A stretch of DNA of 64,000 nt from an uncultured Gammaproteobacteria bacterium (GTDB lineage Bacteria; Patescibacteriota; Microgenomatia; UBA8517). Below are positions 32,376-42,145 of the stretch, piece after piece (position 1 is the first letter of the stretch; every line of letters begins with the position of its first letter). Where the stretch lies: positions 385,488 to 449,487 of the forward strand of contig OZ246419.1 in NCBI GenBank assembly GCA_965231135.1. Direction: 5' to 3'. Under the pieces are notes generated by a model. It was not told the DNA's origin, did not search any database, and saw nothing but the letters and a program-made list of their open reading frames with translations. A program made the position numbers and the translations under genes.

Positions 32376-33011
32376 ATGTATTATTTTTTTAAGCGAACAA
32401 TTGATATTTTCCTCTCAGTAATTTTGCTAGTTCTTTTTTCTCCAGTCATTTTGGTTACAGCAATTGCTATAAAATTAACATCTCCTGGACCAGTTTTTGC
32501 AGATACACCAAAAAGAGTTGGAAAGAACGAAAAACTATTTTATCCTTATAAATTTAGATCAATGATTATGAATGCTCATAATTTATTAAAGACGGACCCA
32601 AAATTTAAAGAATTATATGAGGAATATAAAAAAAGTAGTTATAAACTTCATAATGATCCAAGATGGACTCCGATTGGCGGATTTATACGTAAACATTCTG
32701 TTGATGAAATTCCACAATTAATAAATGTATTAAAAGGAGAAATGAGTATTGTTGGGCCAAGACCTTATTATCCTGAGGAGCTTAAGGAGCAGTTTGAGAA
32801 GTATCCCGAGGAAAAAAAGTATTTACCGGATGTTTTATCAGTAAAACCCGGGATAACTGGATATTGGCAAATAAATGGAAGGAGTGCTGTGAACTTTGAT
32901 AAAAGGATTGCAATGGATGCATATTATGCAGAAAAAAAATCAATTATGCTTGATATACAGATTTTATTGAAAACTCCTTGGGCTATGATTTCTGGGAAAG
33001 GTGCTTCGTGA
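32376..33011 (+). CDS. Priming sugar phosphotransferase (bacterial sugar transferase, monotopic PGT)
   Basis: KR..D, KFRSM, DPR, DEIPQL.NVLKGEMSIVGPRP, KPGITGYWQ. Confidence 0.9.
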   Translation: MYYFFKRTIDIFLSVILLVLFSPVILVTAIAIKLTSPGPVFADTPKRVGKNEKLFYPYKFRSMIMNAHNLLKTDPKFKELYEEYKKSSYKLHNDPRWTPIGGFIRKHSVDEIPQLINVLKGEMSIVGPRPYYPEELKEQFEKYPEEKKYLPDVLSVKPGITGYWQINGRSAVNFDKRIAMDAYYAEKKSIMLDIQILLKTPWAMISGKGAS

Positions 33012-33058
33012 TACAATTAATTTGTATTTATAAGCAAAGCTTGTAATTGATTACAATT

Positions 33059-35095
33059 ATGGACGAAAAAAAAATAGATATTCCAGAAATAAAATTGCCA
33101 GAAACTCCAGATACAGGTTTCAGTGAAGTTTCAGCTGCCGTACCTCAGAATATAAAAAACGAGCAGGGTTTTGTGGAGATTCCAAATTTGAAATTTAAAA
33201 ATAACAAAAAAAAGAAAATAATCATTAGAGTTGCTGCTGTTGTTTTGGCAATTTTTGTTTTTTTGATTCTTGCAACGCTGATTCCAGGAATTACAGTTTA
33301 TAAAAAAGCTAAAGTTTTGGTTGCTGATTCACAAACCATGAAAGCAGATTTCTCAAAGCAGGATATAAATTTGGTGCAGACAGATGTTGGAAAATTTAAA
33401 ACTGACTTAACTTCGTTTCAATCTTCATATAACTTATTGTCCTGGATGAAGTTTATGCCATTTTTGAGCGGATATTGGAATGATGGAAACCATGCAATAA
33501 ACGGGGCGCAGCATGCTATTAATGCTGGAGAAATTGGAATTGAAACTGCAAAGCCTTATGCAGATATTATTGGTTTTGCTCCAGGGGGAACAAAAGCGAC
33601 AAATGCTGAAGAAAACGCAAACGACAGGATACAATTTTTAGTTAGCACGATAAAAGATATTTTGCCAAAAGTTGACCAGGTTTCAAAAGAGGCAGATGCA
33701 GCAAAGAGCGAATTTGATCAAATAGATCCAAATCGTTATCCAACTGCTTTTGCTGGAAAACCTATTCGGGAAGATTTAACAAAAGGAATTGATTTAATTG
33801 ATGAAGCTGCAGGGCTTGTTGCCAATAGCAAACCATTATTGCAATCAGCTCCTTATATGATGGGAATTGATTCACCGCGAACTTATTTAGTTTTATTCCA
33901 AAACGATAAAGAGCTTCGACCAACTGGCGGATTTATAACTGGATATTCAATCATGACAGTTGATAAAGGAAAAGTAAGCAATGTTACAAGTAATGATATT
34001 TATAATTTGGATAATATATATACACCAACTATTAAAGCGCCACAACCAATCATTCAATTTATAAAAGGTCCTTATGTAATAAATCCAAATCTTCGTCTTC
34101 GTGATATGAATTTTGATCCTGATTTTAAAGATTCGATGACGACTTTTGTCGCTGAAGCGCAAAAAGCCGGAATTCCGAAAATCGATGGGGTGATTGCTGT
34201 TGATACACAAGTTTTGGTTAACATCTTGAATGTTATTGGGACTGTTGGAGTTCCTGGATATGGGAATTTTGGCACACAGATTAATCCTAAATGTAATTGC
34301 CCTGATGTTGTTTATCAACTTGAAGATTTTGCCGATGTCGAAGGAAGCGTTGTCTGGGACCAAAACGATCCGACAAAAATTATTTATGCTCCAGCCAACT
34401 ATTATAATCGAAAAGCAATTATTGGGCCGTTGATGAATTCTGTTCTTAAAAATTCGCTGGGGCAGCCAAAAGAAAAAATCCCCGCACTTTTCCAGGCGGC
34501 ATGGAATTCTCTGACGCAAAAAGATGTTTTGTTTTATATGCTTGATGCAAATGCACAACAAGGCGTTGAATCGTTTAATATTGCAGGACGCGTTAGTGAT
34601 ACTCCTGCCAATGATGATTACCTTTTTGTGGATGATGCAAATTTAGGAGGACGTAAATCTAATTTGTATGTCACAAATGAAGTTGAGAGCGATGCTTCAA
34701 TTGGGCTTGATGGCAGCATTACAAAAACTGTAACTTTGACTTATAAAAATTCTCAAGGCTATGATGGATGGCTCAATAGCGTTTTACCTTCATGGCTTCG
34801 TATTTATGTACCAAAAGGAAGTACATTAATTTCGATTGATGGTCTTGATAATAAACAGGCGCCATATGAAGATTTGGGAAAAACCGTTTTTGCCGGAAGC
34901 TATTCATTAAGGCCGCTTGGAGTTGTAACTATTACAGTAAAATACAAACTACCATTTAAAGCTGCAAATGGGCAATATAATTTGTTTGTACAAAAGCAGT
35001 CCGGTGTCGAGTCTATAATGGAAACTGTAAAAGTCGGGAGACAAGAACAAGATACTTTCTTGAAATCTGACCAGGAGTTTAAATTTAAGATATAA
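33059..35095 (+). CDS. DUF4012 domain membrane-anchored protein
   Basis: YLVLFQNDKELRPTGGF, DGVIAVD, WLRIYVPKGS. Confidence 0.8.
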   Translation: MDEKKIDIPEIKLPETPDTGFSEVSAAVPQNIKNEQGFVEIPNLKFKNNKKKKIIIRVAAVVLAIFVFLILATLIPGITVYKKAKVLVADSQTMKADFSKQDINLVQTDVGKFKTDLTSFQSSYNLLSWMKFMPFLSGYWNDGNHAINGAQHAINAGEIGIETAKPYADIIGFAPGGTKATNAEENANDRIQFLVSTIKDILPKVDQVSKEADAAKSEFDQIDPNRYPTAFAGKPIREDLTKGIDLIDEAAGLVANSKPLLQSAPYMMGIDSPRTYLVLFQNDKELRPTGGFITGYSIMTVDKGKVSNVTSNDIYNLDNIYTPTIKAPQPIIQFIKGPYVINPNLRLRDMNFDPDFKDSMTTFVAEAQKAGIPKIDGVIAVDTQVLVNILNVIGTVGVPGYGNFGTQINPKCNCPDVVYQLEDFADVEGSVVWDQNDPTKIIYAPANYYNRKAIIGPLMNSVLKNSLGQPKEKIPALFQAAWNSLTQKDVLFYMLDANAQQGVESFNIAGRVSDTPANDDYLFVDDANLGGRKSNLYVTNEVESDASIGLDGSITKTVTLTYKNSQGYDGWLNSVLPSWLRIYVPKGSTLISIDGLDNKQAPYEDLGKTVFAGSYSLRPLGVVTITVKYKLPFKAANGQYNLFVQKQSGVESIMETVKVGRQEQDTFLKSDQEFKFKI

Positions 35096-35105
35096 TGATT
35101 CTTGT

Positions 35106-36278
35106 ATGGAAAGTGCTGTATCTGTTGAAACAGTAGCGACTAATGCGTCTTCTCAAGTTGAAAAATTATTAAAGACAGAGGCTGATTTTTTAGGAACAAA
35201 GCCTATGGGTTTTGATGCTAGAAGATACGGTGAATTAAACGCTAGATTAGAAAGCGCACAGTTACAGAGAAATCAAACTTATCAAGCTGATTTACTAGAT
35301 AGAAAAAACAACCCGAATCGTTTAAAAGCTAGTCTAGGTAATACACAATATTCAAAACGACTTAGTTCTCTTGATAAAGAAGTGAAGGATTTAGATAGAG
35401 AGATTAATGAGGAAGAACTAAAACGGAGCGACTCTGAAGATTTGGCTATTGCTGTTTCTAGAGTACATGGTGTAGTTAAAAATACTTTTGGTATAGAACT
35501 CTCTTCAAAACTGGCCCCAGGTGATTCTTTTTTGGAAATGGCTGGACGCGAACCAGTTCAAAGAGAGGAAGATAAAGGTGAAAAAGTTTCGCACGAAGTT
35601 TGGTTTCATACAACTAGGCATTTGGGTCATATAATTGAAACAGGTGGTCTTGCAACTCAGTCGTGGATGGAAAGACATGACCCTGAATATTTTAGTTTGC
35701 ACCAGGAAAATTCATCAAAAAACAACTTTAAAGGTATTGATTATGATAAATGGAGTCCTATGCAAGAAGAAGATAAAGATAGGATATTTTTCTCAGTTGA
35801 TACACATTTTGATGGTATGGATTATGGAAATAATATTATTGCATACGCGCCTGAAGATATCTTGGCTGACAATAATTTATATTTTTATGAAGGAAAATTT
35901 GGGAAATTTCCATACGAACGAGTAGTTTCAGATGTTTGTGATACTGAAAATGATTCTGTTCCACCTAATGGAGATAGCGATCTTCTTCTTCCTTTAGGTA
36001 ACGCTTATATTGGCGTGCCTAAAAGTGATTATCAAAAAACATGTATTCAACTTTTGAAAAACGGTTACTCAGAGGGATGGATAAGAGAGCATACTTTATC
36101 GTACAGAGGTAATATATATGAGCATAAAGGTCAGATAGTGGCTGCAAATGAGATTAAAAGAAGGATTAATAATAAAAGATTGGAAGAAGGGAATAAAAGG
36201 TTTACAGCAGTTGGTAATCCAAATGCTAAGACGCCAGAATTTCCAAACATTCGTCAGCTTGTTACAATAGCTTCATGA
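35106..36278 (+). CDS. Hypothetical protein, possible ADP-ribosyltransferase-fold C-terminal domain
   Basis: Coiled-coil N-terminus, then WFHTT..L..II..GGL, IFFS, YG and YER motifs in ART-like order. Confidence 0.5.
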   Translation: MESAVSVETVATNASSQVEKLLKTEADFLGTKPMGFDARRYGELNARLESAQLQRNQTYQADLLDRKNNPNRLKASLGNTQYSKRLSSLDKEVKDLDREINEEELKRSDSEDLAIAVSRVHGVVKNTFGIELSSKLAPGDSFLEMAGREPVQREEDKGEKVSHEVWFHTTRHLGHIIETGGLATQSWMERHDPEYFSLHQENSSKNNFKGIDYDKWSPMQEEDKDRIFFSVDTHFDGMDYGNNIIAYAPEDILADNNLYFYEGKFGKFPYERVVSDVCDTENDSVPPNGDSDLLLPLGNAYIGVPKSDYQKTCIQLLKNGYSEGWIREHTLSYRGNIYEHKGQIVAANEIKRRINNKRLEEGNKRFTAVGNPNAKTPEFPNIRQLVTIAS

Positions 36279-36829
36279 ATTACAAGACATATTCTTCGGA
36301 AGGGTTTGTGATAGGAAGACGCAGCTTCAAAGAGGCGGATAGAATTTTAACTTTATTTACGAAGACTCAAGGGAAAATTGTGGTTATTGCAAAAGGATCG
36401 CGGAAACTAACAAGCAGAAAGCGCGGCGGAATTGAGATATTTAATAAAATAAAATTTTCTGCAATTGAAAGTAAAAACTCATTTGATATTTTAAGCGAAA
36501 TTGAAATTTTGGAAAGTTTTGAAAATATTAGAAAAGATTTAAAAAAATTAACTGTTGCTTATTATTTTTGTGAAGTAATTAGTAAAACAACACAGGAAGC
36601 TGAAAAACATTTTGAGATTTACGAAATTTTAAATAAATATTTTCAAGAATTGGAATTTTCTAAAAATTTAAAACAATTAAGATTAAATTTTGTAAAAGAA
36701 ATATTAATTAATTTAGGATTTTGGGCGTTTGATAAACCAATGGATAATCCTGATGCAGTTTTGGAAAATGTTACGGAGAGGCAAATAAACTCCTCTAAGA
36801 TTGGCAAAAGAATGCTCCGACCGGATTAA
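36275..36829 (+). CDS. recO: DNA repair protein RecO
   Basis: EG.VI.R..F.EADRILTLFT...GK....AKG.RK N-terminal OB-fold; extended -10 TGtTACAAT 6 nt upstream of the ATG. Confidence 0.85.
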   Translation: MNYKTYSSEGFVIGRRSFKEADRILTLFTKTQGKIVVIAKGSRKLTSRKRGGIEIFNKIKFSAIESKNSFDILSEIEILESFENIRKDLKKLTVAYYFCEVISKTTQEAEKHFEIYEILNKYFQELEFSKNLKQLRLNFVKEILINLGFWAFDKPMDNPDAVLENVTERQINSSKIGKRMLRPD

Positions 36830-37559
36830 ACTCTGTTAAATCAAAATTTCTTGTGATAAAGACAGACGCAGAACCTCCATCTAAATTGATAATATCTGCA
36901 AAATTAATATTTTCTTTTTGTTCAAATTGATTTAATAAACTTGGAACATCGTTTAAAAACGGACCTGAAAATTCTGAATCCTTGTCATAAATAACTAAAA
37001 AATATAAATTATTGTTGCCGTCAACAGCTGCCAAAACTCTTCGAGAATTTTTATCATTTGTAATTTGTAAGCTGTCGTAAGAATTATTTTCTTTAATTAT
37101 TGGACCTGTTTGGACTGCAATTTGTAAATGGTCTTGTGGTAAATTTTGGGTAATTCTTGGAGTTGCGAAATCATTAACTGACAAAACACCATTTAATAAA
37201 TTGTTATTTTCATAATCTGAAATTGTATTTCCATTTGTAATAATTAATCCAAGAGGTTGATTGTTTGTACCATAAAACGGACCGTTTGCTAAAAACATAC
37301 AACTATTTTGATCTATTACATCTTTGGAAGAAAGCTTTTGAGAAAAATTGGGAATTAATTTTAAATTATTTATGTTTATTATTTGGTACCAGGAAAAAGT
37401 GTAATTATTTATTTCTGCAGAATTATTTTGAGCAACTGGAGTAGGGGATGGAATTTGAGCATTTGATTTTTGCGGATTAGTATTTTTGTTTTTAAGTATT
37501 AAAATACCAAAGATAACTAAAGGGATAAAAATTAAAATGGCAATTAAAAGTTTTCGCAT
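36795..37559 (-). CDS. Phosphodiester glycosidase (NAGPA/DUF2233) family protein
   Basis: N-terminal TM; ANGPFY, GP, INLDGGSAS. Confidence 0.75.
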   Translation of the reverse strand: MRKLLIAILIFIPLVIFGILILKNKNTNPQKSNAQIPSPTPVAQNNSAEINNYTFSWYQIININNLKLIPNFSQKLSSKDVIDQNSCMFLANGPFYGTNNQPLGLIITNGNTISDYENNNLLNGVLSVNDFATPRITQNLPQDHLQIAVQTGPIIKENNSYDSLQITNDKNSRRVLAAVDGNNNLYFLVIYDKDSEFSGPFLNDVPSLLNQFEQKENINFADIINLDGGSASVFITRNFDLTEFNPVGAFFCQS

Positions 37560-38265
37560 ACAAGATATTATAGTTCACAATTGCAATTTTTTAAACTTTA
37601 ATCTATCCGAAAGTTCGGTTGATTTAATAATCACTTCCCCTCCTTACAATATTGGAATAGATTATGGAATTTATAACGATAACAAAACTTATAAAGAATA
37701 TCTTGAATTTACAAAAAAGTGGTTAGGAAAAAGTTTTGACATTTTAAAAAGTAACGGACGAATTTGCATTAATGTGCCAATTGACACAGGAAAGAACGGA
37801 AAAAGAAGTTTGGCCGCTGACTTAACAATTCTTGCAAAAAGAACTGGTTTTAAATATAAAGGAACAATTGTTTGGGATCATTCGACTTCGCTCATGACTA
37901 GTAGCAAACAAAAAAAGTTTTATGCAATGGCGTTTTCTAAAAATATAGAGTTAATTTTGATTTTTTACAAAGATGAATGGATTTCTGTAAAAAAAGAATT
38001 TAGAGATTATGTAAATGAAATTTGGAAATTTAGCGGCGAAAATCCAAAAAGAGTAAACCACCCTGCAGCTTTTCCAGTTGAGATTCCAAGAAGACTAATA
38101 AAAATGTTTAGCGAAACAAATGATATTGTTTTAGATCCGTTTTTGGGAAGCGGGACGACGCTTATGGCGTGTAAACAATTATTAAGAAAAGGAATTGGAA
38201 TAGAAATTGACGAGAAATATTTTGAAGGTTCAAAAACAAGAATTAGTGACCAAAATAAACACTAA
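37537..38265 (+). CDS. Orphan beta-class DNA methyltransferase (probably m4C)
   Basis: ITSPPY precedes HPAAFP and VLDPFLGSGT (motif order IV then I). Confidence 0.85.
   Translation: MAIKSFRIQDIIVHNCNFLNFNLSESSVDLIITSPPYNIGIDYGIYNDNKTYKEYLEFTKKWLGKSFDILKSNGRICINVPIDTGKNGKRSLAADLTILAKRTGFKYKGTIVWDHSTSLMTSSKQKKFYAMAFSKNIELILIFYKDEWISVKKEFRDYVNEIWKFSGENPKRVNHPAAFPVEIPRRLIKMFSETNDIVLDPFLGSGTTLMACKQLLRKGIGIEIDEKYFEGSKTRISDQNKH
37876..37898. repeat. Short GC-rich REP-like hairpin in frame within the MTase
   Basis: GATCATTCGACTTCGCTCATGAC; shares TCGACTTCG with the 29187 element; TCAT/ATGA arms. Confidence 0.4.
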
Positions 38266-38449
38266 GAATAACTCCAAGAATTAAAAAGACTGCAGAAGTG
38301 AAAATTGCTGTTTGCAAAGCTTGCTTTCTTGCTGCGCTTTTACTTGCAAAATGATGCTGATATTCATCAAGAGAAACTACATAAGCGATAAACCCAGCAA
38401 ACGGGCTAAAAGTTATTGTGATTGCGATAACAAGAGCTGAAAGGTTCAT
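38243..38449 (-). CDS. Small 2-TM membrane protein
   Basis: Two hydrophobic helices around EYQHHF; fills the gap before hsdM. Confidence 0.6.
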   Translation of the reverse strand: MNLSALVIAITITFSPFAGFIAYVVSLDEYQHHFASKSAARKQALQTAIFTSAVFLILGVILSVYFGH

Positions 38450-38480
38450 AAATCATTGTAACACTGTGAAGTTGGAGAAG

Positions 38481-38495
38481 TGATAAAATAAGCTC
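38481..38495 (+). promoter_or_regulatory. Extended -10 promoter (leaderless-type) of the hsd operon
   Basis: TGaTAAAAT (38481-89), 6 nt, ATG 38496. Confidence 0.55.
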
Positions 38496-40073
38496 ATGCT
38501 TGTTGAGGATAAAAGAAATTTAGAGAAACAACTTTGGGCAGTTGCCAATGTTCTTCGAGGAAAAATGAATGCGGATGAATATAAAAATTATATTCTAGGC
38601 TTTATTTTTTACAAATACCTTTCTGAAAAACTTGAACGCTTTATAAACGATAAACTTCTTTCTAGAGAGAACTATAAATTTTCTGGAATTGGGGGAAACA
38701 CCCAAAAAGATAGGGATGTTTTAAAAGCAGTAGAACATGCCTGTGTAGAGCAGCTAGGATACTTTTTGAGACCCAGAGAACTGTTTTTGTATTTAGTCAA
38801 AAAAGGCAACCGGGAAATTAAAGGACAGGAAAACTTCATACTTGAAGATCTTAAAAGTGTTTTAAACACAATTGAACAAACATCAATGGGAACAGCGAGT
38901 GAAGATGATTTTAAAGGTTTGTTTGATGATGTAGATTTAACTTCTTCAAAACTTGGGAAAACTGAGACTAAGAAAAATGAGGTAATTGTTGAAGTCTTAA
39001 CATTGCTTTCTGGAATTGATTTTAAATTGGAAGATACCAAAAGCGATCTTTTGGGAGATGCTTATGAATATTTGATTGGAGAGTTTGCGGCAGGTGCTGG
39101 TAAAAAGGGAGGGGAATTTTATACACCTGCTCAAGTTTCAAGATTATTGTCGAAAATTGTTACTGAAGGAAAACAAAGAATTAAATCGGTTTATGATCCG
39201 ACATGTGGTTCAGGGTCGCTTCTTCTTCGCGTTGGGGATTTTGCACAAATTGTTGATTATTACGGACAGGAATTAAACCCTACAACTTACAATTTGGCAC
39301 GTATGAATATGATCCTTCATGGAGTTCGTTTTGACCATTTTAGTATTAGGCATGGCGATACGCTAACTGATGACATGCATCAAGATTTACAAGCTGAAGC
39401 AGTTGTTGCTAATCCTCCATTTTCAGCAGATTGGGAGAGTAATAAAAATCCTTTGCTTGAACAGGATGAGCGGTTTTCTCAGTACGGAAGATTAGCTCCA
39501 AAGGGATATGCGGATTATGCGTTTGTGACCCATATGATTTATCATTTGGCAGATAACGGCGTAATGGCAGTAGTTCTTCCCCATGGAGCACTCTTTAGGG
39601 GAGGAGCAGAAGGCCAAATACGAAAGCACATAATTGAAAGACAAAATTATCTGGATGCAGTGATAGGGCTTCCGGCAAATCTTTTTTATGGCACTTCAAT
39701 TCCAGCTTGTATCCTAATTTTCAAAAAATGCAGAAAAGAAGATCAAGATATTTTATTTATTGACGCCTCGAAAGAGTTTGAAAAAGGAAAAAATCAAAAT
39801 AAATTAACAGATGAAAATATCGAGAAGATTTTTGAGACTTATAGAAATAGAAAAGAATTAAAAAGATATTCTCACAGAGCAAGTTTGAATGAAATAAAAG
39901 AAAATGAATATAACCTAAATATTCCAAGATATGTAGATACCTTTGAGCCAGAACCGGAAATTGATATAGAAAAAGTTGCAAAAGAAATTAAGACTTTGGA
40001 AATAGATGAAGTGAAACTTCAAGGAAAAATAGCAGAATTTTGCAAAGAATTAAAAATAGAAATCCCTTTTTGA
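38496..40073 (+). CDS. hsdM: Type I R-M methyltransferase subunit
   Basis: LW..A..LRG, GEFYTP, YDPTCGSGSLL, ANPPF, YNLNIPRYV. Confidence 0.95.
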   Translation: MLVEDKRNLEKQLWAVANVLRGKMNADEYKNYILGFIFYKYLSEKLERFINDKLLSRENYKFSGIGGNTQKDRDVLKAVEHACVEQLGYFLRPRELFLYLVKKGNREIKGQENFILEDLKSVLNTIEQTSMGTASEDDFKGLFDDVDLTSSKLGKTETKKNEVIVEVLTLLSGIDFKLEDTKSDLLGDAYEYLIGEFAAGAGKKGGEFYTPAQVSRLLSKIVTEGKQRIKSVYDPTCGSGSLLLRVGDFAQIVDYYGQELNPTTYNLARMNMILHGVRFDHFSIRHGDTLTDDMHQDLQAEAVVANPPFSADWESNKNPLLEQDERFSQYGRLAPKGYADYAFVTHMIYHLADNGVMAVVLPHGALFRGGAEGQIRKHIIERQNYLDAVIGLPANLFYGTSIPACILIFKKCRKEDQDILFIDASKEFEKGKNQNKLTDENIEKIFETYRNRKELKRYSHRASLNEIKENEYNLNIPRYVDTFEPEPEIDIEKVAKEIKTLEIDEVKLQGKIAEFCKELKIEIPF

Positions 40074-40074
40074 T

Positions 40075-40917
40075 ATGAAGCGAAACACCAAACTTGCGAT
40101 GTCAGTCCATGAGAGTAATATAAATGTTGCTAAAGTAGGAGCTGAAGATTATATCTGTTTAACAGATATGGCTCGTAGTGCTGGTGCGGATAGAGCACTT
40201 CACAGTTGGCTAAGATCAAAAAACACAATAGATTTCTTGGGGTTTTGGGAGAAGATAAATAACCCTGATTTTAAAATACACGAATTCGTGTATTTTAAAA
40301 ATAATGCAGGTTCGAATAGCTTTAATCCATCAGTTGCTGATTGGATATTGAAGACAGGTGCAAAAGGTATTTTTTCTAAAAAAGGACGGTATGGTGGAAC
40401 ATACGCACACAAAGATATCGCTTTTGAGTTTGGAAGTTGGCTGAGTCCTGAGTTTAAGTTGTTGATAATTACAGAATTTCAAAGGTTGAAGGAGCGTGAG
40501 CAGAAATTTGCACGATGGGATGCACATAGATATTTGAGTAGAGTCAACTACAAGTTGCACACTGATTCTATTAAAAATGTGCTGCTACCATTTCTCCAAT
40601 TAGCTAAATCAGACGAAACATTTGTATATATAGATGAGGCAGATCTTTTGAACAAAATTGTATTTGGTCAAACTGCTTCAGAATGGAGAGCCAAAAATAA
40701 GAAATTGACAAAATCAGGACGAAATCAACGAGATTATGCATCCTCTCAGGAATTAGTTATACTTGCAAACCTGGAAAATTTGAATGCACATTTTATAAAT
40801 GAAAAGAAAACGCAAAAGGAGAGGGTGACACTTTTGATAGACTCGGCAGAAAGGCAATTACGAACTTTTATTAAAGAAGACGAAGAAGAGCAAAAACTTT
40901 TAGAAGCAAAGAAATAA
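40075..40917 (+). CDS. KilA-N domain DNA-binding protein
   Basis: DYICLTDMA, WLR..T..FLG.WE..NPDF, GRYGGTYAHKDIAFEF.SW.SPEF. Confidence 0.85.
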   Translation: MKRNTKLAMSVHESNINVAKVGAEDYICLTDMARSAGADRALHSWLRSKNTIDFLGFWEKINNPDFKIHEFVYFKNNAGSNSFNPSVADWILKTGAKGIFSKKGRYGGTYAHKDIAFEFGSWLSPEFKLLIITEFQRLKEREQKFARWDAHRYLSRVNYKLHTDSIKNVLLPFLQLAKSDETFVYIDEADLLNKIVFGQTASEWRAKNKKLTKSGRNQRDYASSQELVILANLENLNAHFINEKKTQKERVTLLIDSAERQLRTFIKEDEEEQKLLEAKK

Positions 40918-40919
40918 AC

Positions 40920-42143
40920 ATGATGATTAAAATTCCCAAACTCAGATTTCCTGAATTTAGTGGGGAGTGGGAAGAAAAAAAAATGGGGGATGTAGTGTGG
41001 CGAATTAAGACAGGAGTAAGTGTCAATTCTGAAGAAAGATTAAAGTTAACTAGCGAGTTGGGTATTTTAAAAACAAGTGCAGTTTTTAAAAGAAAATTTA
41101 AGCCTTATGAGCATAAAACTATTTTGTTGAGTGAGAATAAGAGAGCAAAAATTAATCCTAAAAAGGGAACTGTAATTGTTAGTAGGATGAACACCCCCGG
41201 TTTAGTAGGTGAAAGTGCCTATGTTTATGAAGACCATGACGATTTATATCTTCCTGATCGACTTTGGCTAGTTGAGTTTAATAAATATAGCAATGGTGAA
41301 TTTATAAGCTTTCTGATTTCAGAAGGTAAAATTAGAAGTAAGTTATCGACTATTGCTACAGGCACGAGTAATAGTATGAAAAATATTTCGCAACCTGGGT
41401 TTTTGGCAATTCGTATTTCTTTACCAAATTCAGATGAACAACAGAAAATTGCCTTATTTTTAACTTCTGTAGATTCTTGGATTGAAAGCCTTAAAAAACA
41501 ACAGGAGGAATTAGAAAAATACAAAAAAGGCATGATGCAAAAGATTTTTAGTCAAAAAATAAGATATAAAGATGATAATGGTAAAAATTTTCCTAAATGG
41601 GAAGAAAATAAATTAGGAGATTTGTTTGACGAATGCAACGACAGAAAAGAAAATCAAAGTTTTGAAATGTTATCTATTTCGCAAAGTAAGGGCATTGTTA
41701 AGCAAGATACAACAATTAAGAAAGATAGTTCTAGTTTAGACAAATCCAAGTATAAAATAGTTCGAGTTGGAGACATAGCATATAACACCATGCGTATGTG
41801 GCAAGGTGCGTCTGCTGTTTCTAGTTTTGATGGCATAGTGAGTCCTGCATATACAGTTGTTAGACCTAAAAAAGGCAATGTTATTTTTTTTGGATATCTT
41901 TTTAAATATCCTCGAATAGTGTTTAATTTTTATAGATATTCTCAAGGGCTTACATCAGATACTTGGAACCTTAAATTTAAGCATTTTTCTGAAATAATTG
42001 TGACAATACCTGCGAGTACTAAAGAGCAAGAAAAAATTGCCAATTTCTTGACTTCAATTGATAATCTTCTACAATCCAAGCAACAGCAAATTTCTATGGC
42101 AGAAAATTGGAAAAAAGGCTTAATGCAAAGGATGTTTGTATAA
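40920..42143 (+). CDS. hsdS: Type I R-M specificity subunit
   Basis: PKLRFPEF; two TRDs, each followed by EQ.KIA.FLTS.D...KKG.MQ. Confidence 0.93.
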   Translation: MMIKIPKLRFPEFSGEWEEKKMGDVVWRIKTGVSVNSEERLKLTSELGILKTSAVFKRKFKPYEHKTILLSENKRAKINPKKGTVIVSRMNTPGLVGESAYVYEDHDDLYLPDRLWLVEFNKYSNGEFISFLISEGKIRSKLSTIATGTSNSMKNISQPGFLAIRISLPNSDEQQKIALFLTSVDSWIESLKKQQEELEKYKKGMMQKIFSQKIRYKDDNGKNFPKWEENKLGDLFDECNDRKENQSFEMLSISQSKGIVKQDTTIKKDSSSLDKSKYKIVRVGDIAYNTMRMWQGASAVSSFDGIVSPAYTVVRPKKGNVIFFGYLFKYPRIVFNFYRYSQGLTSDTWNLKFKHFSEIIVTIPASTKEQEKIANFLTSIDNLLQSKQQQISMAENWKKGLMQRMFV

Positions 42144-42145
42144 AT

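Noticed and set aside
40920-42143. Internal repeats of hsdS as a phase-variation (shufflon) system
   Set aside because: These are the normal two conserved regions of HsdS; no extra hsdS copy, inverted repeats, recombinase or simple-sequence tract was seen.
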